From a virus, in IMG/VR virus record IMGVR_UViG_3300025195_000002: a stretch of DNA of 64,000 nucleotides; one strand, written 5' to 3'. Below, in pieces: positions 30,601 through 38,175 of the stretch. The position numbers and the translations under genes are program-made. Positions within the stretch are counted from its first letter, which is position 1. Every line of letters begins with the position of its first letter. The notes beneath the pieces are model-generated. The model was not told the origin of the DNA and did not search any database. It saw nothing but the letters and a program-made list of their open reading frames with translations.

Positions 30601-31486
30601 CACGACTGCTGATACCGGCAATACGAGTACTGACACTTTCAAGCGCCTTACCTGCTAAGCGTTCACGCGCCATATCGGCGTATGTTTCAGATAAGTTTAC
30701 TTTGGCCTCATCAGGCAATGCTGTGTTTTTAACAATGGCACTTAGTGCATTTGCTAAATCAGTAAAGCCGGCTCTGGCAATGTCAACCAAATCACGTTGA
30801 GCAAAATATTGACGATAGTTAAGTTCTAAAAGACGACGTTGGAATTGGGAAGTGATATTATCCTGATAACTAACCAGACGATTAAATGCTGCAATCATCC
30901 GCTCATTAGCGGTCATATTCGCTTCGTGACGTACTGTCTCCCTCTGCTCTGTAATTGTATTTTGCAGAATTTCTTGGGTCTGCTGTGCCTCTTGACCTTC
31001 AACGCTAGCTGCTTGAACTTGGAACAATTTATCTAGATCGCTATGCATCTGCGAATCTTGAACTTGTTCTTTTGTGGGTCCTGTTGACTCTGCACTAGAT
31101 TTAATTTCAAGTAACTTTTCAACCTTATTACCTAGGCTATCAGGTAAGATTTTCTTAATCTTAGGAAGATGAGCTTGGGCATTACGTTTGAATTCGTCGA
31201 TAGATGGTTTGAGGGCCTGTGCTGATTCATTATAAACAGTCTTAATATCGCCTGTCATTTTATCAGCAACATCTAAGGCTGAACGGTAGCCCTTAGGTAA
31301 TGCATCTTTAACAACTTCACCGATAAAACCTGGATCCGTCATAGTGGTTTTAACAGAATTTAATGCGCTCTGTCTGAATATTGTAGCGGGGTTGCGATCA
31401 TCGTTTTGGGCTTCTAGATCGAAGTCCATCATGTCGCCACCTAAATCATCATTTAGGTCATCGTCGAATTTAATATCATCGGCCAT
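24656..31486 (-). CDS. Large tail protein/tape measure (phiKZ gp181-like)
   Basis: 2276 aa; N-terminal DRNP.T.F and LELNYRQYF motifs; two G..Y...TG.II.S..DI.G.V.D..G.IVLS.ED..KGL repeats; DADGDGIRDGSY; Gly/Ala-rich helices; divergent from the vRNAP beta' gene. Confidence 0.85.
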   Translation of the reverse strand: MADDIKFDDDLNDDLGGDMMDFDLEAQNDDRNPATIFRQSALNSVKTTMTDPGFIGEVVKDALPKGYRSALDVADKMTGDIKTVYNESAQALKPSIDEFKRNAQAHLPKIKKILPDSLGNKVEKLLEIKSSAESTGPTKEQVQDSQMHSDLDKLFQVQAASVEGQEAQQTQEILQNTITEQRETVRHEANMTANERMIAAFNRLVSYQDNITSQFQRRLLELNYRQYFAQRDLVDIARAGFTDLANALSAIVKNTALPDEAKVNLSETYADMARERLAGKALESVSTRIAGISSRVRNTLGQKVKQHVDNFKEGLNQGNALLQTASSMEGLEGFGPKQTGAQQASDLVGGIAGQEIATRIGAKISGLAGRALENNPRAMQMSNRLQVAADNIPELLNRYASSETDATGLRGNVESFLKEIIGGVQGTDGEVLQNLKQEALSATSFDVMTRRSIVEIIPGYLSRMLQQLEIFNNQDPNTERLQYSVDGEDFVRESTQSDRIREAVFSTSDRERLSSSTVDVINSIDPEGKLSQEAREAFSVQILTDLRNGKGYFPERYYQESTFTSVDNEDAVKEIQDFVKERYVINKEGKVGDSLVASQNVLNDNRSVKRLQEYLPNLQESINEAVAVGDKDALRESGLITKDRDGVTDMVDSDALWSMIQSDISNTLEGRDIISEIMAGTDYRSSDKVTGISSTDNTLINRSENSRLQTKERDGIFSNSTSTTESGSQSDLLESIREIIVNNSITSQSNNNLVQRGYGQVTNVGESSTTDIQRTISENIKDLDPATQVEVRESVKAFTNEVDPSDTSDSTLGVWSAIHDTLIKGNGLTTSLIARIDTWMNRDINLEEDSSVETTDPHLPYLMAIQDRSVSSDTTLTDIKLLIAGLSEKITTLGSGGPGDSSGSRDIKLGGILGKGLDLGKSAIGGAASGLKSYYSGMFNLGGSALGVAKDTVLGGAKFIKGKFGNLPGDLYIAGQQIPTLLGDKLRQGKYIDEATGKIIKSAKDITGAVRDVDTGEIVLSVEDYAKGLFNKDGVSKMAGAAKSILKAPVDFIQSYYRGLFGIGEYALKGVTNIASGVENMLNRHGDIYVKGEDGPRLLKILLEKGMYYSARTGNVIRSIKDIDGDVVDADGNIVLSVEDIKKGLVDEQGRKIEVKSLLTRALEFGKDTLQAGVGVVTGGIKRAGKFLFGSNDDGTPQGGLFSRIGGMFTSITEGISGFFTRPDGMRVKEVIIHSDLTKVFGPWVDGNASDPISGTPPPIPPASRVSSINKDSLQESRQSTEKSNVYQDNYTQRDIVNGETKQDSNTTNITSRQDQTSRFFSGLNSDNISTSGQLTASVLHDSNVVRIEGTVPLSPTDKVSSLNENILRESRSYNETASSNQEKASEKDTRSESTTTGYSNTTSARDRFDSLREKTTEVVDNVTKASKEVKDKHLYTLLERGQEKTSAITKQVMSQVNDVTQGLQTQIRDSDSTLSQNMATLVESSKDAYTVVSDKATDASMRVKDSIESLKETILNTFKKEKVAGDADGDGIRDGSYLDQRNKETLAEKAKATIEKSGPGAAVLGGVAGFLGGLKDKIKGFSLFGGDDAEDEDSFLGDVASEAAGDLAGDAIGDRLDGDKRQDRKRRRAERKAAKRAGKAGGKRGLFSKIKSLGGKALGGIGSLIKSPGKALLGAGTALAGLAGSAVSGIGSVLGGAGSLAAKGVGALGGVGSMLGTLGKIGMAVGRVALGPVGWAATGLYYGYKGAKYLASRSDADPIEDLRFKQMGINTEDGAQLRAIRLLEESALDDVTYAEDGQARIPKVDYNDLIDEFGDQFNVDQNNPQNLEAFVRWYEGTFKPTLLTYATLANRVEEGMDVDDLDDDLPDGQHAEFAKHAYELLESSPAIGNTSPFYGQQVDSSSVTEQYNKVMQEYGGAVEDKTEVSTDSPSGEPVVPPEPLMGQSEGYVAPPGEMSTLASQQPSDVIVEPPVGEMTRKMKAAALVAGGGMATLAGMGGVGMNLSRSGLTRIGGNGTTQKARQFDLVSTTGIGLGALMGGTVAANADNFSGVDVSKVKMVDPIIQRDNVTTPKVYNVDGSLYEEPEDIAERQTLYRNNVDTRNMTTINEVSKTNIEDESTRDKVTSITGGSNIYTVNMDEVINQQRLRNQQSMLDEETRERVVLDDHIATVGQFADRRVSAVDNHQRMYSEIASEQMSHISTILSESLYVQQSMDDTLKRIHAHITGERDMVDDTADTSGGTPALERAKQRQADAQRRQQASKRTRSQSPVSMGKSA

Positions 31487-31576
31487 AGCCTACCCCTAGT
31501 GTAATAAAATAAAAGTCTACGTTATATAGTGACGTATCATAGATTTATCGACCATCACCTATAAAGGAGGTCTATT

Positions 31577-33199
31577 GTGTTAGTTGACAAACTTCCCTTT
31601 AACATTGACTTATTGTCTAGTGTTAGTTTTACACGTTCTTTACCTGAAATTCGTTCATTAGACATTTACGAACGACAAGACCACCTTAACTTCCATCCAG
31701 AAGGTTTATATTCTACAGAGATCTTTGGACGGATGGGTGAACCGTTAAGAGACAAGCAGTTTGCTTACATCGACATGAAAGTCAGTGTACTTCATCCCGT
31801 TATATTTAAGACATTAACTACCATGCGCGCGCTCTATAAAAACATAATGAGTGGCAAGACGTATGCGGTGTGGAATGATAACATCAATGACTTTGAGCCT
31901 GCGGACGCAGACTCTGGCAAAACAGGTTATGCTTTCTTTATGTCACACTTTAAGTCTATTGCGTTAAAACGTAATCGTTCTAAAAAGCGTGATTTAAAAA
32001 TTGATTTAATTGAAAAGTATCAAGACGTTGCTACCGTCAAACATCTTATTGTCCTACCGGCAGGTCTACGTGACCTTGAAACAGGTGATGATGGCCGGGT
32101 TAAAGAAGATGAAATCAATGATGTCTATCGTAGAGTATTGAGTATTGCTAAGACGGTATCGGTGACGCAAGGTAACTTAGATGGTGAGTTATTTAATTCC
32201 GTGCGTTGGAGTATGCAGACAGCTTTTAATCTAATATACGAAACGCTGCGCACTATGATCGAAGGTAAGCGAGGATTTATACAGAGTAAGTGGGGTCGCC
32301 GTAAAGTCTTTAACGGGACACGAAACGTTATCAGTGCCATGACCACGTCGGCTAAATCATCGAATGACCCAAAAATGCCAGATGTCCACGATACTATGGT
32401 TGGATTGTTTCAAACATTGAAAGGCTGCTTACCTATTTCTATCTACTGTCTTCGCCAAGGGTTGATTGGGGATGTTTTCAGTCAAAGCGATAGTGCAGTC
32501 AGACTTGTTGATCCAAAAACATTAAAGCTGGTTAATGTAGATTTAGATAGCGCAACGCTAGATAAAATGGTAAGTAGTGAAGGGTTGGAACAATTAATTA
32601 ACCAGTTTCAAGATCGTCATTTCAGAAACCGTAACGCCGAAGTTGCAGGACACTACATTGGATTGTTATACGACAACGGTGTAGAGGTAAAGGTATTTAA
32701 CGATATCAATCAGATGCCTGACGACCGTGATATAAAAGATGTACGACCTATAACGTGGGCTGAGTTATTCTACCTAAGCTGTTATGAACGGTTTAACACG
32801 GTTAAGTGTATGGTGACGCGTTACCCAGTGACCGGGATAGGATCGACGTATTATAGTCGAATTTATCTTCGAACAACGACAACTGGTCTAGTACGTCAGG
32901 TTCTTAACGATCAGTGGTTAGTAGACGAGGATAAGCTATTAGCAAAAGAAATGCCTAACACTGACCATAGTGATAGTTACATGGATAGCGCCATGGTCCA
33001 CTCAAGTCGTCTACCTAATCTTGGGGCTGACTATGATGGTGATATGGTGTCTATTAACTATCTGTATAGTAAAAATGCGGTTAACGACATCGAGAAGTAC
33101 CTAAGTAGTAAAGATGCTTTCTTAGATCCTCGCGGCGGATTACAACAATCTAGCAGTGACCTTATCGATTGGGCGTTGTTTAATCTTACACGTGCTTAA
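31577..33199 (+). CDS. Virion RNA polymerase beta' subunit, catalytic N-terminal fragment (phiKZ gp180-like)
   Basis: EGLYSTEIFG, LIVLPAGLRDL, INDVYRRVL, GKRGFIQ..RNVIS and catalytic ADYDGD (NADFDGD equivalent). Confidence 0.93.
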   Translation: MLVDKLPFNIDLLSSVSFTRSLPEIRSLDIYERQDHLNFHPEGLYSTEIFGRMGEPLRDKQFAYIDMKVSVLHPVIFKTLTTMRALYKNIMSGKTYAVWNDNINDFEPADADSGKTGYAFFMSHFKSIALKRNRSKKRDLKIDLIEKYQDVATVKHLIVLPAGLRDLETGDDGRVKEDEINDVYRRVLSIAKTVSVTQGNLDGELFNSVRWSMQTAFNLIYETLRTMIEGKRGFIQSKWGRRKVFNGTRNVISAMTTSAKSSNDPKMPDVHDTMVGLFQTLKGCLPISIYCLRQGLIGDVFSQSDSAVRLVDPKTLKLVNVDLDSATLDKMVSSEGLEQLINQFQDRHFRNRNAEVAGHYIGLLYDNGVEVKVFNDINQMPDDRDIKDVRPITWAELFYLSCYERFNTVKCMVTRYPVTGIGSTYYSRIYLRTTTTGLVRQVLNDQWLVDEDKLLAKEMPNTDHSDSYMDSAMVHSSRLPNLGADYDGDMVSINYLYSKNAVNDIEKYLSSKDAFLDPRGGLQQSSSDLIDWALFNLTRA

Positions 33200-33269
33200 G
33201 GTTTTACAGTTGTTAACCTATTACATGAGTCTCTACTAACCCACTACCTATTAACCGAGGAATGTAACC

Positions 33270-33521
33270 ATGAAATGCAAAGCATGTAACGGTAACATGA
33301 CGCTCGCATCAGGCCCCCATATGCCAAAAATCGCAATCTACACCTGTGAGTGTGGTGCCTTGGTTAAACGGGGGCTGGCTCAAAATGCGGGTACGACATG
33401 GATCCACCCTAACGGTAAGATTGAAACAGACCGAGCCTGTAATGTCCACATCAATGATCCTGAATGTGATCATTGTGATGATGACATGTCTGGCTGGAAA
33501 TTTGCTGTTGTAAGTGCGTAA
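33270..33521 (+). CDS. Small zinc-ribbon protein
   Basis: CKAC...CEC plus C..H....C.HC; GAGG RBS. Confidence 0.55.
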   Translation: MKCKACNGNMTLASGPHMPKIAIYTCECGALVKRGLAQNAGTTWIHPNGKIETDRACNVHINDPECDHCDDDMSGWKFAVVSA

Positions 33522-33529
33522 GTATAATT

Positions 33530-33558
33530 CGGATGGTTCACCATCCGTCTTATGCCGT
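33530..33558 (+). terminator. Hairpin + TATGCCGT element without a U-tract
   Basis: CGGATGG-TTCA-CCATCCG-TCT-TATGCCGT. Confidence 0.6.
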
Positions 33559-33573
33559 ACTAGTCATTTATAG

Positions 33574-33584
33574 ACCTACATTAC
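33574..33584 (+). promoter_or_regulatory. Early promoter motif ACCTACATTAC
   Basis: CCTAYATTAC copy between a terminator-like hairpin and the accessory genes. Confidence 0.65.
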
Positions 33585-33602
33585 TTAAATGATGGATAAT
33601 TA

Positions 33603-33908
33603 ATGGAGTTAAATATGGTAGTAGAGCGGAAACATCTTTTGTATATATTAAAAGAAATAGAAGGTAATGACTTAATTAAAGAAAGTGAGTTAATAGACAC
33701 ACTGGCTATTGAAAAACATTATCCTTCTTTGAAAATGTTAGTCAATCCTACTTTCATCTCTTCAGACGGGCGGGTGTCTGAGGAAGCGTTGTTGTATTTT
33801 CACAATAACGGTCATGAAATAGAGGTCTCATACCCTGATGGTGTACGTGGTTATATGATTTTAACTATACATACTAACAAGGGTTCTATTCAGTTTTCAC
33901 CAGGTTAG
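33603..33908 (+). CDS. Hypothetical protein, paralogue of 33913..34209
   Basis: Shares ILK.IE.ND, YP.L, FI..DG/GG, NG..V and KG.I.F with the next ORF. Confidence 0.65.
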   Translation: MELNMVVERKHLLYILKEIEGNDLIKESELIDTLAIEKHYPSLKMLVNPTFISSDGRVSEEALLYFHNNGHEIEVSYPDGVRGYMILTIHTNKGSIQFSPG

Positions 33909-33912
33909 AGGG

Positions 33913-34209
33913 ATGGTTATGTCTAAAGAAATAGAAAAGGCAAATGCATTATTTGATATACTTAAAGCAATTGAATCTAATGATCAGATAGAAGCAACTG
34001 ATAGATTAAATGATGAGTTATTAGAATCTATATATCCTGGTCTTGGAAGTTTGATCGAAGATGTATTTATAACCCCTGGAGGCAATCCTCACTATGGGAT
34101 GATTAATGTGTTTGAAGATAATGGGATTAAAGTAGGTCCTGGGGAAACTGATCGATTTGGTTGGGTGACGGGTATAATTTCGTCATCTAAAGGTAATATT
34201 GTATTTTAA
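33913..34209 (+). CDS. Hypothetical phage protein (GE.D.FGW.TG.I...KG family)
   Basis: GETDRFGWVTGIISSSKGNIVF motif recalled from small phage proteins. Confidence 0.65.
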   Translation: MVMSKEIEKANALFDILKAIESNDQIEATDRLNDELLESIYPGLGSLIEDVFITPGGNPHYGMINVFEDNGIKVGPGETDRFGWVTGIISSSKGNIVF

Positions 34210-34220
34210 AGGACTGGGCT

Positions 34221-34772
34221 ATGTGGGCTAAGAAAACGGTAAGGGCTCCTGCTAATTTTGAAAAGGCTAATGACTTTGTAATAGACTATTATGCTATTGT
34301 TAATGCAGTTGAATGTCGAGTGGTAATTGATCCTGAATTCGATAAGATGATTTGTAATGTACTCTATAGTTGGATTCATAAAATCGGAATGGTAGCGGAC
34401 CCTAAGCTCCATGAAATCTCTGTTCGGGTTAGGCTATGTCTTGATCTGACTCGCTATATATCTAACTGTAGGACATTTACTAACGATCCTAGTACCCAAC
34501 CTGGTATTTTGTTACAGACTATTGAATTTATGCTTTCTAGACTTGACATTGGTACAGCTCTTGAAGAAGACTTTGCATTTCCATCATCATTATTCAATAG
34601 TAATGAGTCAATTTGTCAGATTAGTTTATCTGAGGATATCAGCCAAACCTATGGAGAGGCATTAATATCAATGTTTGAAGAGTTATTGATGAAAGCGGTA
34701 ATTGATGACTTAACCTTAACTATTTATAAATTTCCCTCCAATAAAACGCATGTGATAAAGCCAGTCAAATAA
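34221..34772 (+). CDS. Hypothetical protein
   Basis: AAGGA RBS; C-terminus weakly similar to the next ORF. Confidence 0.6.
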   Translation: MWAKKTVRAPANFEKANDFVIDYYAIVNAVECRVVIDPEFDKMICNVLYSWIHKIGMVADPKLHEISVRVRLCLDLTRYISNCRTFTNDPSTQPGILLQTIEFMLSRLDIGTALEEDFAFPSSLFNSNESICQISLSEDISQTYGEALISMFEELLMKAVIDDLTLTIYKFPSNKTHVIKPVK

Positions 34773-34795
34773 CTTTACATTATAAGGATTTTAAC

Positions 34796-35296
34796 ATGAC
34801 GCTACCTATCAGTGAGAGTGAAACACCTTTCCTAATTTGGTTTGAGCAATTTATTAGCGATATTAATCAATGGAATTACAGTGACCATGAAGCTGAAGCT
34901 AAACTGTTACAATCTCTTCGTGATCAAGTTGTTGAGGTAATAGAGAACTACCACCAACACATAGGCGAACCCAATTATGTCATAGGGCAATGTATCGTGC
35001 TCTATTGGCTTACTATTCAGTGTCGTAATCTAGGTATTGGAGACGTCGATACGGGAGAGTACTCTTTACGTAATGATATCTTTGACCTACTTAAACAAAA
35101 CTCAGTAGCAACTATTATCATTGGTAGTGTCCATCAAGATGGTAATTTGATGTTAGGAAACTATGGGCGGGCGACCATTGCAATTGACCAAAGTCATTAT
35201 GATCAATCTGTTGATGTATTAACTTGCATCTTTACAAAGTTACGCTATGAATGTGTTGTAGATGATAATGTACTATCGCTCTTTAAAGCAAATTAA
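34796..35296 (+). CDS. Hypothetical protein
   Basis: AAGGA RBS; ends at a hairpin. Confidence 0.6.
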   Translation: MTLPISESETPFLIWFEQFISDINQWNYSDHEAEAKLLQSLRDQVVEVIENYHQHIGEPNYVIGQCIVLYWLTIQCRNLGIGDVDTGEYSLRNDIFDLLKQNSVATIIIGSVHQDGNLMLGNYGRATIAIDQSHYDQSVDVLTCIFTKLRYECVVDDNVLSLFKAN

Positions 35297-35299
35297 ATC

Positions 35300-35332
35300 A
35301 GGTGGTAGGGTAAAACCTACCACCTATGCCGT
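35300..35332 (+). terminator. Hairpin + TATGCCGT element without a U-tract
   Basis: AGGTGGTAGG-GTAAAA-CCTACCACCT running directly into TATGCCGT. Confidence 0.65.
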
Positions 35333-35349
35333 GTTAGAAATATTCATAC

Positions 35350-35360
35350 ACCTATATTAC
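35350..35360 (+). promoter_or_regulatory. Early promoter motif ACCTATATTAC
   Basis: Contains the exact phiKZ early consensus TATATTAC; upstream of 35413. Confidence 0.7.
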
Positions 35361-35412
35361 TTAGATGAACGTTTACCATAAAGTAACATTCTTTTAAATT
35401 AAGGAACGTATT

Positions 35413-36624
35413 ATGTTTAGTCAGCAATACCGTAGTAACAATCAATCATGGTCTAGTAATAAAGCAATTAAAAGTTCTATAGAGTACCACCATATCACTG
35501 ACGATATACTATCAGGTAGAATCAAAAATATCGACACGCTGGTGAGATGTTGTCTGAAGTTACGTGATGAATTAATGAACTTTAATGGGGTTGATTTTAC
35601 CACCCCAATCAGTAAACTCCAATATGAGTTTTTATTGTTAATGTATAAATGGGTAATTGCTTCGAGTTTAGATAACACTGATGTCATTAAGCAGTTTAAC
35701 ATTAACATACCTGAGGTGCAGAAAACGCTGCTATCTACGTTATTTGAAGCATGGACAGATGTCTCTGCGGACAAACCTCTGTCTAAAGGCATTAACCAAT
35801 GTCATTATAAATGTAAAAATGATGAGATACAATACATTTTAGATCTGCTAAACCATGCTGGTATGACCGCTGTTCAACGTGGTAATAATGTTTATCTTGT
35901 CGATATTGATTTTCAGATAAGGTTCTCTGTTACCGACACATTCAATAAGGAACTTAGTGTTAAATATGGTGACGCTACTATCAGAAATTCGACATGGTCA
36001 GAGTCTGAGTGGAAAGAAACCCCACCACGCTCTGATAATGCAAAAAGAACTGACAGTATTTGGAATAGTGCGGGACAGAGTCGTTCTCAGAAAGACATCG
36101 GTGACATGTCTATATTGAACACTATGTCTGAACTATACGCTGGCGATGGTTCTATCACACCAGTAGATGCAGAGGATGATACTATTGCTAAAGCGATGGA
36201 TGCCATCATTGACGTTGCTGACCGCTCTGAATTAGAGATTCGTGAGAACTGGATTGTGACTGGATCAGACGGTGAACTCTTAAAGAACTTACCTAGACGT
36301 TATATCAACACTTTCTTTGGTTACAATAAGAAGTTAGAGACACGTCAAGATATAGTGGCGCGTTATCTACTCGCTCATCTATGTATAAAGATGGGTGTAG
36401 ATAAGGAATTGTTTAAAGTAGTGTGTGATATGTTTTCTACATTACCCAAATATCTTAAACAGGTAGTAGAAAGTGTTAATGTACAGTACCTAATTATGGG
36501 TCAACCTACATTTAGTAAATCATCACTGTCTAGTCAAAAGTCACTATCAAAGAAAACGACTAAGGTTATTGAAGAAGCGATGGTGTTATTATTCAATAAC
36601 GATATTGGCATTACTTACAAATAA
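35413..36624 (+). CDS. Hypothetical multidomain protein
   Basis: AAGGA RBS; 403 aa with a polar linker between two helical regions. Confidence 0.65.
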   Translation: MFSQQYRSNNQSWSSNKAIKSSIEYHHITDDILSGRIKNIDTLVRCCLKLRDELMNFNGVDFTTPISKLQYEFLLLMYKWVIASSLDNTDVIKQFNINIPEVQKTLLSTLFEAWTDVSADKPLSKGINQCHYKCKNDEIQYILDLLNHAGMTAVQRGNNVYLVDIDFQIRFSVTDTFNKELSVKYGDATIRNSTWSESEWKETPPRSDNAKRTDSIWNSAGQSRSQKDIGDMSILNTMSELYAGDGSITPVDAEDDTIAKAMDAIIDVADRSELEIRENWIVTGSDGELLKNLPRRYINTFFGYNKKLETRQDIVARYLLAHLCIKMGVDKELFKVVCDMFSTLPKYLKQVVESVNVQYLIMGQPTFSKSSLSSQKSLSKKTTKVIEEAMVLLFNNDIGITYK

Positions 36625-36676
36625 TCTTATCTGTGGAAAGAATCAAAGATCATTTACATTGTAGATGGATTTGATA

Positions 36677-36712
36677 GAAGAAGCTAGGAACGTCACGCCT
36701 AGCTTCTTTTTT
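36677..36712 (+). terminator. Canonical intrinsic terminator
   Basis: AAGAAGCTAGG-AACGTCACG-CCTAGCTTCTT followed by a T run. Confidence 0.75.
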
Positions 36713-37241
36713 TGTCACCGTACGTCATTCTACGGTGCGTTAGCCCATATAGCCACCCAACCCATCGTCTTCCTCCTTGCAGTCCGCTACGCGCGTCCTA
36801 GCGCCTGTCCAAATCGCCCTACTTGTATATTTTTTTGTTTCTGTTTTAATAAATTTGATGTTTAATTTATAAAACTACTTGGTTGATGGTATTTCATTAT
36901 TTATTAAATTATTTATACTTAAAATTATTAGTTACTTGTTATTATTACTAACTATTAGTTACTTGTATTTTTTAAAAAAATTAAATATATTAGTAGAAGA
37001 ATTATTTTGAAACATTTTACTATTTAGTATATGAGCGGAGCGAAGCGACAACTCCATTCCCCCAAAGGGGGGATTATTAGAATCCCCCCAGGAGAGGAAG
37101 GTTGAGATGGGGGGCCGTGGGGGGAAGAGAAGGAAACCCAAACGTACAAAAAGCGCAGTGACACTTTTCTTGTAATTGTCCTTGAAAAATCATCATCGTT
37201 ATGAGACTATCTACTCTCAAGCACGTTAAAGGACAATTACA
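36713..37241. other. Structured non-coding locus, putative replication origin or regulatory region
   Basis: C-rich flank, ~200-bp very AT-rich core with a 14-bp direct repeat, GAGCGGAGCGAAGCGA, a G6/C6 hairpin and a G-rich flank; no credible ORF. Confidence 0.5.
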
Positions 37242-37242
37242 A
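37170..37242 (+). promoter_or_regulatory. 14-bp inverted repeat covering the RBS/start of 37242, with TATG in the loop
   Basis: TTGTAATTGTCCTT (37170-83) is the perfect reverse complement of AAGGACAATTACAA (37229-42). Confidence 0.55.
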
Positions 37243-37565
37243 TGCGACTTACCATTCGTTTTGATGAAGAGACACCACTAGGGATCGGAGAGGCGATTGA
37301 ATATCTAGAACGCCTTATCGAGGCCTTGGATATAAAGATTGCCAGTGTGAGGGTTAGAGTATTTAAAATAATTGGATTCGATGCAGCGAATCGGTACTAT
37401 GATTGCCGCAATCGTGCGTTTAATTTATGTCAGATTTTAAAGGCGAGACAAAAAAAGTATGACCTAGATGATGACACGCCTATTGAGTCGATCTATCTGG
37501 GATTAATGACGAGTGTTTTAGATAGAGCAAGGGCACTTAAGTTAATCACACTTACTCGACCTTGA
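37242..37565 (+). CDS. Hypothetical protein
   Basis: AAGGA RBS; first gene after the non-coding locus. Confidence 0.6.
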   Translation: MRLTIRFDEETPLGIGEAIEYLERLIEALDIKIASVRVRVFKIIGFDAANRYYDCRNRAFNLCQILKARQKKYDLDDDTPIESIYLGLMTSVLDRARALKLITLTRP

Positions 37566-37580
37566 GGATTTTACATAACC

Positions 37581-38171
37581 ATGAATTACTACACATACCA
37601 CCATACCGATGCAGTTAATTTTCATCGTCATCTTAATAAAGGTTTAGATCTAATTATTGATCATGCCACCTTACTACATAAACACCTTCTGCCCTGTTTT
37701 GTAGATTATCTACCTGAGGTGGAGGGTTATGTCCAAAAGGTCATGAGTCATCCACAAGACGGTCAGCTTGATGATTTGTTTGATAAGATGGATGATTTGT
37801 TTGATAACACACCTTACACTCTTAATGCAAGTCCGTTTCCCATCAGCGACGCTACCGATAGTTATCCTTTAATGGTCAATACGGTTAAAGTAAACGATAA
37901 ACGTCATTGGGTTTTCCTGATGATACCTTATCCTACTAACTTTGTTAGCGGAGCGCTGGCAAGAGAGAAACTAACTACGCTTGCACTAGCATATAAACGT
38001 AGCCATGCGTTGATACATGTCTTTGCACCGGCAGTAAGAAATCAACACGGTTTACCCGCACCCTCCAGTGTAACCGTTTGTGTTGAAGAGTATATTGCCT
38101 ATAAAGCATGTATGGAAAATGTTGCCAATACTACTTATATGCATTTTTTTAAACCTAAAACAGAAAGGTGA
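37581..38171 (+). CDS. Hypothetical protein
   Basis: GAGG RBS; 196 aa. Confidence 0.6.
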   Translation: MNYYTYHHTDAVNFHRHLNKGLDLIIDHATLLHKHLLPCFVDYLPEVEGYVQKVMSHPQDGQLDDLFDKMDDLFDNTPYTLNASPFPISDATDSYPLMVNTVKVNDKRHWVFLMIPYPTNFVSGALAREKLTTLALAYKRSHALIHVFAPAVRNQHGLPAPSSVTVCVEEYIAYKACMENVANTTYMHFFKPKTER

Positions 38172-38175
38172 CCGT

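Noticed and set aside
36821-37030. CRISPR array or tandem-repeat array
   Set aside because: Only two copies of a 14-mer, no regular repeat-spacer period, and no cas genes in the window
36665-37141. Short ORFs 36665..36865 and 36959..37141
   Set aside because: They span a terminator, poly-T/poly-A tracts and G/C runs; low-complexity translations without RBS
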